This document shows, one piece after another, positions 14,084 through 27,200 of a stretch of 64,000 bases of DNA. This DNA comes from Antedon mediterranea (taxonomy: Eukaryota; Animalia; Echinodermata): NCBI RefSeq assembly GCF_964355755.1, contig NC_092672.1:34416437-34480436 (forward strand), read 5' to 3'. Position 1 is the stretch's first letter, and every line of letters starts with the position of its first letter. The notes under the pieces were generated by a model. It was not told where the DNA came from and searched no databases. It saw nothing but the letters and a program-made list of their open reading frames with translations. Both the position numbers and the translations under genes were made by a program.

Positions 14084-15372
14084 TCCTGACAATAACAAGG
14101 GGTTATCCGCCAAGTGCGGATAACCAAATAGATATAATATTATACAGTATTAACTCGCCATATGTTTTTAAATATAAAAATTATTGTATACAATTATTGA
14201 TCTTTTTATATTTTGTATGTATTGTAATTATAATAGTTATTATAATTTGAACATCAGATAAAAATTACAGATATGATTTTATGAATTATGAGTTGGCATA
14301 TTGCTACAGTATGTTTGCATCCACATTATAATATTAATTTAATAAAACTAATGCTCTGTCTACACTATCAAATTTTATGTGACAAAAAATGTGATGTGCC
14401 CATATATGGACATAATGATGTTATATCACTACCATATTTAGGCATATCACCACCATATTTAGGCATATCACTACCGTATGTAGGCACATCACACTTTTTT
14501 GTCAAACTAGTTTGATAGTGTAGACAGTGCTTTAAAAAATCCTGATATTTTGGTTAAAATACAGCCTAATTTGGGAAGGTTTGAACATCTACAGATAGTT
14601 AATGTCTCAAAGGTCATAATATAATTTTTTTTTTCAATTTCTAGGGTGGAATTCCAAGTAGGTGATCAACCCGTCAACAATTTTAGAATGATTGAGAGAC
14701 ATTATTTCAAAGAAAAACTACTGAAAAGTTTTGACTTCAATTTTGGATTCATTATTCCAAACAGCAAAAACACATGTGAACATATATATGAATTCCCAGG
14801 ACTAGAACCTGAGCAAAGTAAGTAAGGCTGGCTTTACCAGGTTGCAGTAGTTACCGACAACTTTATACTGCCCTCAACTTTAGTCTTGGGTTTAATTCCT
14901 GCAGTACAAAGTATTGTGTTCTTGTTGCTTAACTTCTGTCTCAACCAGCTTTTTTTCCTTTTTATTTTGTATTATTTATACTGGGTAACCTCTTCAGTCA
15001 AAGACTGTTCTCCCGGGGGCCCAGTTATGGTCAGTGGCTGTGACTGACAGTGGCTGTGTGTGTATTAGTACACCAGGGTAACACCTATTCGACTCAAAGG
15101 ATGTACTAGGTTCTTTAAAGTGCACATGTGCTAGATGTGGATCTACGGTTCATTTTGAACCCATTAACCTCCTTCCTGGCTATTTTTATTTCAGTCTTTG
15201 CAACATTCTAACCCTAAATAATCATTACAAAATCTGGTATTTTTTTTCAGTCAAAGAAATGGTAGAATGCCCATTTGAGACCAAATCTGACAGTTTTTAC
15301 TTTGTTGACAACAAACTGATAATGCACAACAAGGCTGACTATGCTTACAATGGCGGGATAGGATCGATGTAG
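9020..15372 (+). CDS. UNC119: UNC119 lipid-binding chaperone (GMP-PDE delta fold), 233 aa, 5 coding exons
   Basis: Exons 9020-9200, 11574-11687, 12688-12799, 14645-14817, 15251-15372; all GT-AG, phases consistent, 702 nt. Hallmark peptides: [92 protein letters not shown]. An acceptor at 9015 implies an upstream 5' exon. Confidence 0.96.
11715..11960 (+). mobile_element. tRNA-derived SINE (family B)
   Basis: GGAGCTGTGGCTTGGTG...GGTTCAAGTCC head, family B tail and A-rich end. Confidence 0.75.
12095..12335 (-). mobile_element. 5S rRNA-derived SINE or 5S pseudogene (5S part 12245-12335)
   Basis: Reverse complement TACGGC..TTCTCGTCAGATCACCGAAGTTAAGC..CTGATTAGAGCTTGAATAGGAGACCATTTAGGAATATCCGGTGCTGTA matches 5S rRNA with two internal deletions, then runs into non-5S sequence. 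Confidence 0.7.
12899..14126 (-). mobile_element. Helentron-associated non-autonomous element (HINE/DINE-1-like)
   Basis: Read on the minus strand: 5' hairpin/subTIR GGTTATCCGC-N5-GCGGATAACC (14101-14125), a T/TTC-rich tract, a 3' subTIR copy (12932-12942), a 3' hairpin AACTCGTC-N6-GACGAGTT (12909-12930), terminal CTAG running into a T tract; no TSD. Confidence 0.8.
14975..15150 (-). mobile_element. Partial tRNA-Deu SINE (family A, 3' half)
   Basis: Reverse complement of the body and tail of the 27021-27345 copy. Confidence 0.75.
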
Positions 15373-17907
15373 AAACAACAAAACACCAAAGAACAGAAGC
15401 AAAACACAAATACAAACCAATCACGTTAAAACAACGCTGCCGCTGCTGCTCATTGTGTAATAATTTAATAATAATTTTCCAGAAATATATATATTCAATA
15501 TTTTAAAATGTGTTGCATTGTTTGGGGAAGGGTTTTTTATGCAAGTTACGTTTGAAATTGTCTTAATCTAACAATCTAAAACTCTGTCTATACTATCAAA
15601 CTTTATGTGACAAAAAATGTGATGATGTGATGTGCCCATATATGGACATAATGATGTCATATCATTTCCATATTTGGGCACATCACTTTTTGTAAAACTA
15701 GTTTGATAGTGAAGACATAAATAAAGCCATAATTATTATAAACAAAATATAAAATACATTAAAAACCAGATGATTCAAGTATTAAAAACAAAGCATTTAT
15801 TATAATATGAAAACAAAATATTGCATATGTGATTATGCACGAACATAACAATATAAAGAAAAGATGCATTTAAATATCTGGTTATTAAACTAATAATTAT
15901 ATTTTGTTAAATGTTATTATACAATCTATTGATGTACAGTATATATCATTCCACACTTGCACAGCTAATTAGTTTAATGTGTTGTATAATACACTTGGTA
16001 TTTCATAACTAATATTCATATGTCTCAATGGTTGAAAAGAAAAACTTAAAAATCATGTATTGTGCAATGCATCATGGGTTACTGTACGATGCATTATGGG
16101 TTACATTGTGTGCAATGCATTGTAGGACAGGGGATTTTTTTTTTCGGGGATTTCTAAAAATATACCAATATAATAAATAATAATAAACAATCTTATTAAT
16201 TGTTTCTTATTTTACTGTTAAATTTGTCATTTTTAGTGCAATTAAGTACAGGCTATACTTTTTTTAAACAAAACTAACATTTAATTTGTTTGTATTTATA
16301 TTAATTGCAATTGAAAAAAAACACATTTTCTTGGTTTGTACCATCACAATAAGTTGTGCTTTTCTGATTTTTTTTTTGTTCACAGTTTCTTCACCGTTGA
16401 ATATTTTACTTCAATATGATTGTGATTTTTATATTTGAATATTTTGTAATGTGATTTAAAATGAATTTAATTTTGTAGAAAGAATGTATTATGTTAATGA
16501 ATACAAAACATAAATGTTAGGTAAACTTGTTTGTTTTACGCATGGGTGGTAATGTGTTGAAACGCACAGTATTACAGTGCGTAACATTTTAGTTTGTCTG
16601 ATGTTTTGTCAATAAGATATATTATTTGTAGCTTGTTCCATTTCTCAGTTATGGACTATGTCAAAATATTCTAATGCAGTTACTGCAGAACTATTTTTTC
16701 TTTACTCTATATTCTGTTTATGCAAATTGTTTAGCAAACTTTTTTGGGGTAATCATATGCCAGTGAATGCCTCAAAACTGAAGAAACTAAAAATTTAACA
16801 TAACTTTGGGACCAAACAAAGAAAGGTTCCCTTTAACAGAGGTGTCCCCTGGACTTTCCCCTCGTTTGTTTCTTGAGTGTCCGTTTAATAGCAGATTAAA
16901 AAAAAATATTTTCTGTGTGAGATCATTATTGATAGAATGTTTAAGCAACATAACATTGTTGTAGTGGTAAGGTGTAGATATTTAAGCAGGTTTAACTCTC
17001 CTAACTCTTTTTTATCAAGAAGGGTCAAAACAAGGAAAATATGACCCTAACCTTTATTTATTCATAGGATTAAACATCTATTGGCATTCTGTTATACTAC
17101 AGTATACAACTATATCCAAGAAGACTATTAATTACGGTAATTGTAAAACCAACTTAAATTGGACATTAAGTGGTATCTATATTCCCAAAGATGATTTTTC
17201 TGCATATCTTGTATATTTACACTTATTTTTTTACAATCTGTATAATAATTTATTTAAAAATTCAGTTATTTAATACTTAAACGTTGTCGCATTTATACAC
17301 AGTTTTTCCTCGATAGATCTCAGTACAACTGGCTGAATCTGCAATTATATGTATCCTATATGTGTCGAGTAAAATGGTTGTCTTCAGTGGAACGTTCTTT
17401 CAAGTAGTTTAGTTAAAACCATTCCCGATGATAAAACAGCAGAATATCATTATAAATTATAATATTTGTAGATATATTGTATATTATTCTAAGACAATAT
17501 TAATCTCAAATGGTTTATTTCCGAGAAAAAAGAAGAATTCTGTGGAAATAAAATCAAATGTTTATTTTTCAATCTAGCCTTGACTGCTGTGTAAATAATT
17601 GATATAATATTAAAACATAAAATGAATTGAAAAAGAACACAAATGTTGTATTTCGTTGTATTAATTTGGTAATAAATAGTGTAATTTTTACTAGTAATTT
17701 GTTGTATGTGTGTTCTTTTATGGCACTTAAAACCCAAAATATATCTTTTTCTGTAATTATTGATAGCTTTGGGAAGATGTACTCTACTATCAGAGACATT
17801 TCTGAACATATTCTTCCGTACGGATAGAAAACTCTAAATTGCGTGCACGTGCTAATAACACGATGTAGCAAACAAAATTGCTACCGCCCTCTATTTTTAT
17901 TGCCGCG

Positions 17908-17921
17908 GTTGCTAAAACAAT
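17908..17921 (+). promoter_or_regulatory. Candidate RFX X-box in the CpG-enriched region upstream of TCTN2
   Basis: GTTGCTAAAACAAT resembles the 14-bp X-box (GTTGCCATGGCAAC-like), about 375 bp upstream of the ATG. Transition-zone genes are classic RFX targets. Motif match only. Confidence 0.4.
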
Positions 17922-18296
17922 TTTCGCGTTTAGAATTTCAATAATTTGGTATATTTTTTTGAAAGTGAAATTAAGTCGTTTAGAGAGGCATTTCATGGAT
18001 TTCACCAACCTTCAAATAGACTCAAAACATTGTAATGCACTATAAATAGGTTAATTTTAGGCTATTATTTTGCTTTAGGTGTTGATTTTCTTGTCAATTG
18101 CTAGGCCTATCAGTGAACGAGAACTGTACGATTTGTTGTCAAGTCGAAGCGTATACGTCCGCCTGAAGTTGTAGGTTAATTGTGACCATGATAAGATGTA
18201 TACGGCCTAGAGATAACTAAAATGGTGAAATCATGATGACTTTAATTCTATTGACTCTATAAATCTTCAGCTGCAATCAAATAAGGAAGGAGGACA

Positions 18297-21200
18297 ATGA
18301 TGGAAGGCTTCTCACTTTTAAAACAAGGTTTTTTCCTTGTGAGTCTGATTCTATGCACTGTGAACGCACAATCATCAGGTTTGTTTTTCTTTAAAGTAAA
18401 TATTTTTGTGATAAATTAGTTTATTTATTTTTTCCTGTTAGTACAGTATCCAAAATCCAGTAATTGATTTTGTTTGTCATGTTGGAATTTTAATATTTGT
18501 TACAAACAATGAATAATTATATAATATTATTTTCTGCATTTTTATTTGCCAGATCTCGTCGGTGTTGTAAATGTAGGAGATGATGCTGTAAACAACAATA
18601 CAGAAATAAATTTGTTTACGGTATCAATAAATGAAAACAACGGTGAAGTTCCGATCACATTGGCTGTCTACAATCTGTCTTCCAACTCTTTAGTTTCAAA
18701 CAATGATATTCAAACACAAGACGTAAGTATCTTTTGCTCTTTAAATTAATTTAACAATAAAGTTATTTTGTATATTATTTATAATGTACCTGATTATCTA
18801 TTTATAAACATTTTAATTAACTAGTTTATTATTATAGTACATGTTTGTTTACTTTATTTTGTTTATTAATTATTCATTCATTCATTCAATCTTTTATTTC
18901 GGAAACTCTGGTCCATAGAAAGTCAATTACATATAAATGAAATAAATAAAATAAACAAAATTACTACTACCATCTGAGGATGGCATTCCATCTGGAGAGC
19001 ATCTTCGACTTAACTAAGACGTTGCTTATAATCGTTGAGATTAAAATATTTTTGCTTGCATTAAGTCTACACATCAGGCCATATATTGATATTCTTAACA
19101 ATTCATAAAAAGAGGGAATTCTACATTCCGTAAACATGAGGCTGGCACTGCAATGTCAATGTATTTTGATTAATTATGTATTTTGTTTACAGGTGATGGT
19201 ATTTTGTGATGTCATAACACCATACACTGAGGGAGACACAGCTGTGACTTTCAGGACAGCGATTTTAACAAGTGCTAAGCCATCTCATATCATCCTTTTT
19301 GAGTAAGCTTGTCTAGATGTTAAGATGTTTTATAGCTTAAAAGCTACAACAAGAACAAATAATTCGAAAGCTCTGTCTACACTATCAAACTAGTTTGACA
19401 AAAAAGTGATTTGCCCAAATATGGTAGTAATGTGCCCAAATATGGTAATGATATGACATCATCATGTCCATACAGTATATGGGCACATCATATTTTGTTG
19501 TCACATAAAGTTTGATAGTGTAGACAGAGCTTAATTATGCAATTTGTATTAATATTTTTTCTGTTTAGCATATGATCAATCAATTACATTTTTTTGGTAA
19601 ATGTAAAGCCATCTGGTATCATTATTTTTACAGTATTGGCAAACAAGGACGAGCAATAGAGATTCAATGTTATGGTTACAGCAATGCACCAGGCAGCCTT
19701 TATCAAAATAGTACCAAAGGACTTACTGGGTAAGGAAATAACTTTGTATGTTTACACAGTAGCATCAGAAATTGCTGAGTATAATATATAGTCTATTTCG
19801 TGCCTAGCTTACCTGGATAAACCGACAATAGCCCTTTCTCCTCGAAGAGCGAAATACCTCGAAAAATTTTCATTAAACACCCCTCTCCACAAATGGTATA
19901 GTCCATGAACTATGCCCTCAAGTGGGAGCCTCCCTACAAACCACCATCATCATTTCTTTTCGAGACATGAGAGAGTAAACATGTCCTTAAGAGAGCTTGT
20001 ACAGTGGTATACTGTTGCAATAAATATAATACCTGGAATTGCTGCTATATGAAGCTAAGTAGTTTTTCTTGGTTACTAGAATAAAAATATAGAATCTATG
20101 TTATTTCTTATGACCACTTACACACAACGTGGAGCAGCCGGGCGGTTTCTGTTGAGGATAGATACGGATACGCGAGACAAGCTACGCATTTTCCGCTTAT
20201 TATTACCGCTTGTCTGTGTAAATTGGTCTTATGATGGAAGAACTTTTAAATCAGAGAAGAAGAAGAATAGCCATAGACTGTAGCCATGGGAACAGCTTTC
20301 AAATTGTTGATAATTTATATTGTACAGTAACATGCTTTCAATCAATATTACAATATTATAAAGCTCTGTCTACACTATCAAACATTTGTGATGTACCCAT
20401 ATATGGACATGATGATGTCATATCATTACCATATTTGGGCACATTACAATTAGTTTGATAGTGTAGACAGAGCTTTAGGATACAAAACTGTCTTGTAAAT
20501 AATTGATTGCTTTTATTTGTAGGTTTATTGCTGTGATAAAGAGTCCAGTTGTTGGTTTGTGCCAAGACATGATCATTGTTCCATATCTACTAGATGACAC
20601 ATATACACAAGAAATTACTTTACAATTATCGTATGTATTAAGCCTTGTCTACACTATCTAACAAAATATGATGTGCCCATATAAGGACATGATGATGTCA
20701 TATCACTACCATATTTGCACATATCACTACCATATTTGGGCATATCACTACCATATTTGTGTAACATTTCCATCATTTATTTAGTGATTACAATTATTTT
20801 GGTTCATTACTTTATACTTTAGAAAGACATTTTTTTTTTCAGGGAGGAAGTAATTGCAAGTGAGGTTAATATATCTTGTGAGGTAGATTCCCTTTATCAA
20901 GGTATAATTGCATGTTTTATATAATTATAATGGTAGTCTTATATAGCACCTAATACAATGTTTCTAAGTTCTTTACACACAAAAGTGATCCATATAATAT
21001 CCTAAGGTAACCAAAAAAAGAACAATACTGCTCCGTTCTCCAGCACTTTGAAGCTCCAATATGAGAGCTCGCCAGAACATTATTCACAGGAGCTTGAGTG
21101 AAGGCATCTGTCTATCCTGTCCTACCAAGATGAGGCTTGGTGTATCATGGATTATAAATGCATAATTTGTTGATATTCATAAATAGTATTTTAATAATAC

Positions 21201-24200
21201 AGTATTGATTATTGTTAAACTTTATTGCCAATACTAATGCTGTATTTCAGTTTCTGTTTTGTTTTTGTAGGAGATGATTTTTTGTCTCTTGAGTTCCAAG
21301 ATCAATTAGTATCAGTTGGGACAACTGAAATAAATGCAAGTATTTTCTTTCCTAACTTTTAATCATTGCAGGATATTGTCTAAGTGCAAATCCAAATTTT
21401 ATTGTTTAACTAAGGAATGCTTTGGATCAAAGAACTGAAACCTACACTTAAGGAGGAGCTTAATAACTTAAGTTCTTAGTATTGTAGGCCTTCTTTGATG
21501 TTAATTAACCAATTAATTAGTATTTCCTGTCACCCATTGGTGTTTGTTGTTTTTGTATAATTCGATTCGATAACTTGATCTTGAAAATGGTTCCATGATG
21601 GTTCCGAAACGTTGATCTTCTTGTTTTTTGTCATTAAATGTTATTGTAAAGTTATTTTCTTTCTATTAAACTTAAAATTATCAATAATATTCCATAACTA
21701 TTTATTTAATATTTATATATGTCACTTTACCCTTTGAAAGTTTTCCCAATATGACTTCAATAAATGTAAATAACTTATAATAAAATAAAAATAATGTTTT
21801 TAATTTTCCTCTTCTGTATCATATAGATGAGATATACAGTGTTAGCCAAGAATCTACAACCTGTGCTAGTAAGATGTAGCGGTCAGTCGGTCAATGGTCT
21901 TCAGTACTTGAGAAACGAATCCGGTAACTATCACACATTATTGTGTTGACCAATAATTTTAAAAGGAAAAAGAAAATAAGTTAAACAGAGCAAGTGATGT
22001 TAAGGAATTGGTTTGAGAGAAGGCAAACAATTTGATACCTACCTTTGTCATCTTGGTTGTATCATCAAGGTACACATCCATGGTTGTATCTTAGAAAACC
22101 TACAGCCAAGAATGCTAAATGGGCATAATGTATTTGTGTTACGTAGCGGCAGACGTTTCATAACATCTTTTATCCAACTGCCATTCGGGCACTGAATGCT
22201 TGTCAGTATACCATACTTTATTTTTGTTAGTTTTTCATTTATCTATTTTTGTCTATCTCAGAGCAAACATAATTTCTATGTATATTTTATAAGCAAATGA
22301 CAATAAATGGAAGTAATTTTTCACTGATGAATGAATGAATGTTCATTGTACCACTAACCACTGTGTCGTTACTGGTTCTTTTATAGGTTCATCTGCCATG
22401 TTCGCATTTGCCGAAACATCCGTCCGGTTTGTTCCGTTTATATCCAATGTTGCCAGCACTTACTTCAAGTCATTCCTAATCCTAGGCTCAACCTTTGAAG
22501 AGGGTCAGGTGGCTTTTAGTTGTTACATCACAGCAGTGAATGACTCTCTTGAGGCTAAGCTTATAGCTGACAACCCAGTATGTGAGAGGCCTCCGATTAC
22601 GCCTAGACCACCTACTACTATTGTTCCAGTCACAGGTTTGTTTAAATTGATTAGTAAACATTTTAATTCATGATTATATGTTACAAATTTTAAATTATTA
22701 TTATTAACTGTAATCACATGTGCATTATTATGGGATTACAGTATGTTTCCATACGTGTTTGATCCAAAAAATTACTGTGGTAATAATGTGCAGTGCATTG
22801 AGAGCTTGCTTATATACGCTATACAAGAATGAACTATTATCAATATTATTAATTCTGAAAATAAACGCCTACAAAAATTATTTTTAATCTATTCAGAAAA
22901 GGGTGCCAGACCAATAGTGTATAATTTTTTGTAAAATAACTGTTAGTTAATTTTGAATAACATTTATTGCTAGAAGTCGATTGACAAAGTGTTTAAGACA
23001 GGGATGAATGAATAATAATGATAATATGTATGTTTAATATTCTATACAGACCCTTCATGTGTAAATGCAACCTGCACCACACCTAATGTCACCACACCTG
23101 CTGCCACCACACAGACTCCCACTACCCAATCACCTTCTACGACGACGACAATGGCACCAATAGAGGACAATACTGAATGGTATTTAGAAGAATCCGTTAT
23201 TGTTTTTGACGTAAGTAATTACTATCAATCGCTGAATGTCTAGTGTGTAAAGCTATGTCTACACTATCAAACTAGTTTAACAAAAAAAGTGTGATGTGCC
23301 CAAATATGATAGTGATATGACATCATTACATTTTTTTTTCACGTAAAATTTGATAGTGTAGACAGAGCTTTAGACTATTAAGATTACGAATCATCAGATA
23401 TCATAGTACTATAATAATTGTTTTGAGATTAAGATTTTAGTGTATTTGATTTTATTGAACTCAATGTAAATTGTACTTTATACTCGATACATTTGAGAAC
23501 ACTTGGACATACAACCTCCAGATCTCAGGCTTGGCATTTATATCTCTAGACCACTGAGCTTTTTTGGTTAGATTTTAGTAGAGCAACATATCTGACCAAT
23601 TACTTATAATTTTATTCAAATTGTTTTAAACTTTGTAGAGTGGAGATGTGTTCAAAGAAGTGGTAGCAGTCCATGACAACCTGACTGATGCCTACAGAGG
23701 GCTTTTGGTGATTACATGCTGTGCATCAGATGACATCAACCTTAACCCTCAATACACCAACCTATCAGCTGCATTACTTATGGTGGTTGACATTGCTCAG
23801 GACATTAACATTCCTTCATGTAATACTAAAATTGATTTTAATAGTAAAATTGTTTTTACAGTATTTAGTTCTGTCAATTAGTTTGACAAAAAAAGTCTGT
23901 TATACCCATACATGGTAGTGATATGTCTCAATATGATATTGATATGACATTATGTCCATATATGGGCACATCACATAAAGTTTGATAGTGTAGACAGAGC
24001 TTTAAGTTTATGAGCAATATTTCACTAGTTGTAACCTCTGAACTTTAGTTTCAGATAATAGCAATCTTACGGATGAAACAGTGTTCCCTAACCCAGCATA
24101 TGTTGAACTTGGACCTTGCAATTGTGACTTGACCTTAGGTCATTGCGATGTAACGTGTTGTTGTGATAAGGTAACTTGTTCAATAATACTTATATTTTTA

Positions 24201-27200
24201 ATTCTATGAAAAAAAACTTGCATATAAACCTAACTATAATTAACACAGGTAGTCCAATCAATGAATTAATTAATCAGGGTTGCCAGTCAAGTCGGCCCTA
24301 AACCATTACGGCCAAAGTCAAGTCGACCCCCACATCAGGTTGTCCCTACGTCACTCGGCCTCAAGTCAACTCGGCCTCAAGTCAACTCGGCCTCACATCA
24401 ACTCGGCCTCACGTCAACTCGGCCAAAAAATAATCAACGTAAGAGTTGACTTGGGACCGACTTGACTTGAGACGGTTTAGGGCCGACTTAGATCTAAATC
24501 ATAAATCATTTATCAACTTAATTAACCAATTGCTTTTCCTATAGGATTGCTCTGACGATGACATTGACCAGTTCACTTGCCTTCCCGGCATTCCTGGAGG
24601 ATACTTCACTGACGATTGGGAGTACAGTTGTTATAACACAGACATTTTCCGGCCGGATTGGTTCCCATTTATGTGTGTAGAAACCATAAATAAAATTTTC
24701 CTTGGTTACTACTTTCCGTCGGATGTCCCTGGAGCAAGAGACAATCAAGAATTCCAAAGTTTACAATCAAATTTACCGACAGATTATACAACATTTGAAG
24801 AGGATGAAATTAGAGATTTGAATCCGTCATCAGAATTTTCCGGAAGTGGCGGTTATACTTATGGAGCACCGGTGCAATTGCTTTATGACGACAGCAACAT
24901 TGGTCTTTTAGCTTTACCTCAAAAAGGCTCAGGCAGTGGCTGTCTATGGTCGTCAAGTGTTAAATATCAAATAGATTCTAATTCCACTTGTAGAATGAAT
25001 ATAACGAGCCAAACATGCCAAGTATCGTCTGCGTTAAATGCGAGATTGTTTGTACAGTCGTCAAGCGGGGCTTATCCACCATGCCCAGACGCTCCGCAAG
25101 TCATCGGCGCGTATGGTTACGTCACTGGTACTCTGTCTGTTAGTATGGTTGAATACTATTGTCTAGATGATCTAACAGATTACGTGGCCAGCACTGAGAA
25201 AAGGTCTTCATATGGTTTTTACACATTATCTTTACCGTTTGTGTATGAAAAAAAGCAACCAACGTACTCGCGTTGTGTATGGGACGATGATTTCTCAAAA
25301 CCACCTGAACCGAACTATAACAGTACAACGCAAATGTGTGACAACTCGGTTGTAGATGTCCAGTACGAGCTTGTTTGGTCGGGTGGTGAAATTTTACTTT
25401 TAAAAAGCAACGTGTATATTGGAGCAGTTCCTGTTGAACCAAGCGGTACTCAGTTATACCCGAAATATTCTGCAAAGTTTACACACGAACCTCCATTGAC
25501 ATTCAGTGAGGAGACGGGAGGGGTCGAAATTACTGAAGAGGAATTCAGAAGGTCTGGCAACCCTGGCTATCAAGTGGGTGAACTTTTACTAAGTGGGGTT
25601 AGCGTGTATAATGAGGTGAACATATCTACTCCTAACCCAGCTTGTAATGATAGCGTGGCTGGTGAATGCGACTCTGCTGCGGGTGATTTAGAATTTGTGT
25701 TTGTAGACACTTCTTCTAGCACACGTCTTAAATACATAGCTTCAGGTGAGATAATTTTTTTAAATAATTGTCACATTTGTTAAGCCTTGTCTACACTATC
25801 AAACTATTTTGACAAAAAAAATATGATGTGCCCAAATATGGTAGTGATATGCCCAAATATGGTAGTGATATGCCCAAATATGGTAGTGATATGCCCAAAT
25901 ATGGTAGTGATATGACATCATCATGTCCATATTTGTGATAGTGTAGACAGCGCTTTAGAACTTGATTGATTGATTGGTTTTGTTTCAGGCCCATCTGGGT
26001 TGTGTGAAGACTCTACTTATGAAGATATAACGTTTGGAGAGGATTTATCCTCGGGATGTATATACCGTGTAGGCCTTTCACAGTTGGACAATTGTACCCT
26101 CTTACAGCAGGATCTAGAGAGTCAGCTGAAGGCTATCATGCAGGCTGATAGGATAGCGAAAATTGGCAATGCTAGTTCCTTCAATGACAATGACTGGATT
26201 ACAATATTTAGGTAAGCTTAAGGGCCTTTCACACCTGTTTTGGCACAGTTCCAGTCTGGCGCCGTCAAATCAAATTGAACATCAGTGTTTCGTATTCACA
26301 TGGCTATGCACATATCGATTGGTGTATAGCCACTTGGAGCGATGTGAAAACAAAACATTGACGTTCGTTTTGGTTTGCCGGCGCCAGACTGGAACATGTT
26401 AAAGACCCTTTACCCATGTTTATTTAACTTGGTAAAGGTCTCAAGGATTGTGAAAGTGAGGAGAAGAATACTAAGTATGTATGAAATTAATAGACGAACT
26501 TTAAGATTACTGAAAAATGTTTGGGATATGTGATACAAATTTGTGATGACAAGTAGAATGTTTTTTTTTATTTCACAGAGAGCCAATTGAGTATGAGGTG
26601 ACATCAACTGCAGAGCCATACCAAGAGAGAGTGAATGAAGTCCTAGAGTCCTTAATTGGCACTTGCTTCCATATGCCAGTGGGTGTTCATCTGCAGATAC
26701 TCTATGCCGATGCTGGGATGGTGAATGGGGTCATACAACAGGAAGTGGTTGCTGCTAAAATAAGGTTTTTCTATTTTCACAAATTTTGCAGTTTATTTAG
26801 GTTGTGGGTACCTTTGGTTTGGTCTACTAGCGTTCATGTTCCCAACTAGTTATCCATTCATAGAAGCACTGATGAAGAAAGTCTATCTGGTGGTGACTAT
26901 AGAATGGTCCCAAGACATGATTATACTTCGGCATTGGTTTGTTTGGTTTTCAGGTTTTTTTTATATACTTAGGCAACTTAAGCAAAATATTTCACTAAAA
27001 GGTGGCAATCCATGTTCACAAGTGAGTGAGTGGCCGAGCGGTTAAGACAGTGGAACCGTAATTACCTAGCCATAACAACGGCAGGGGTTCGAGGCTCACT
27101 CACTCCATGGTTCTGGTGGTAGAACGAGTCTTCTCGGATAAGGACTATAAACCGTAGGTCCAGTGTACACATCTAGCTCGTGTGCACTTTAAAGAACCTA

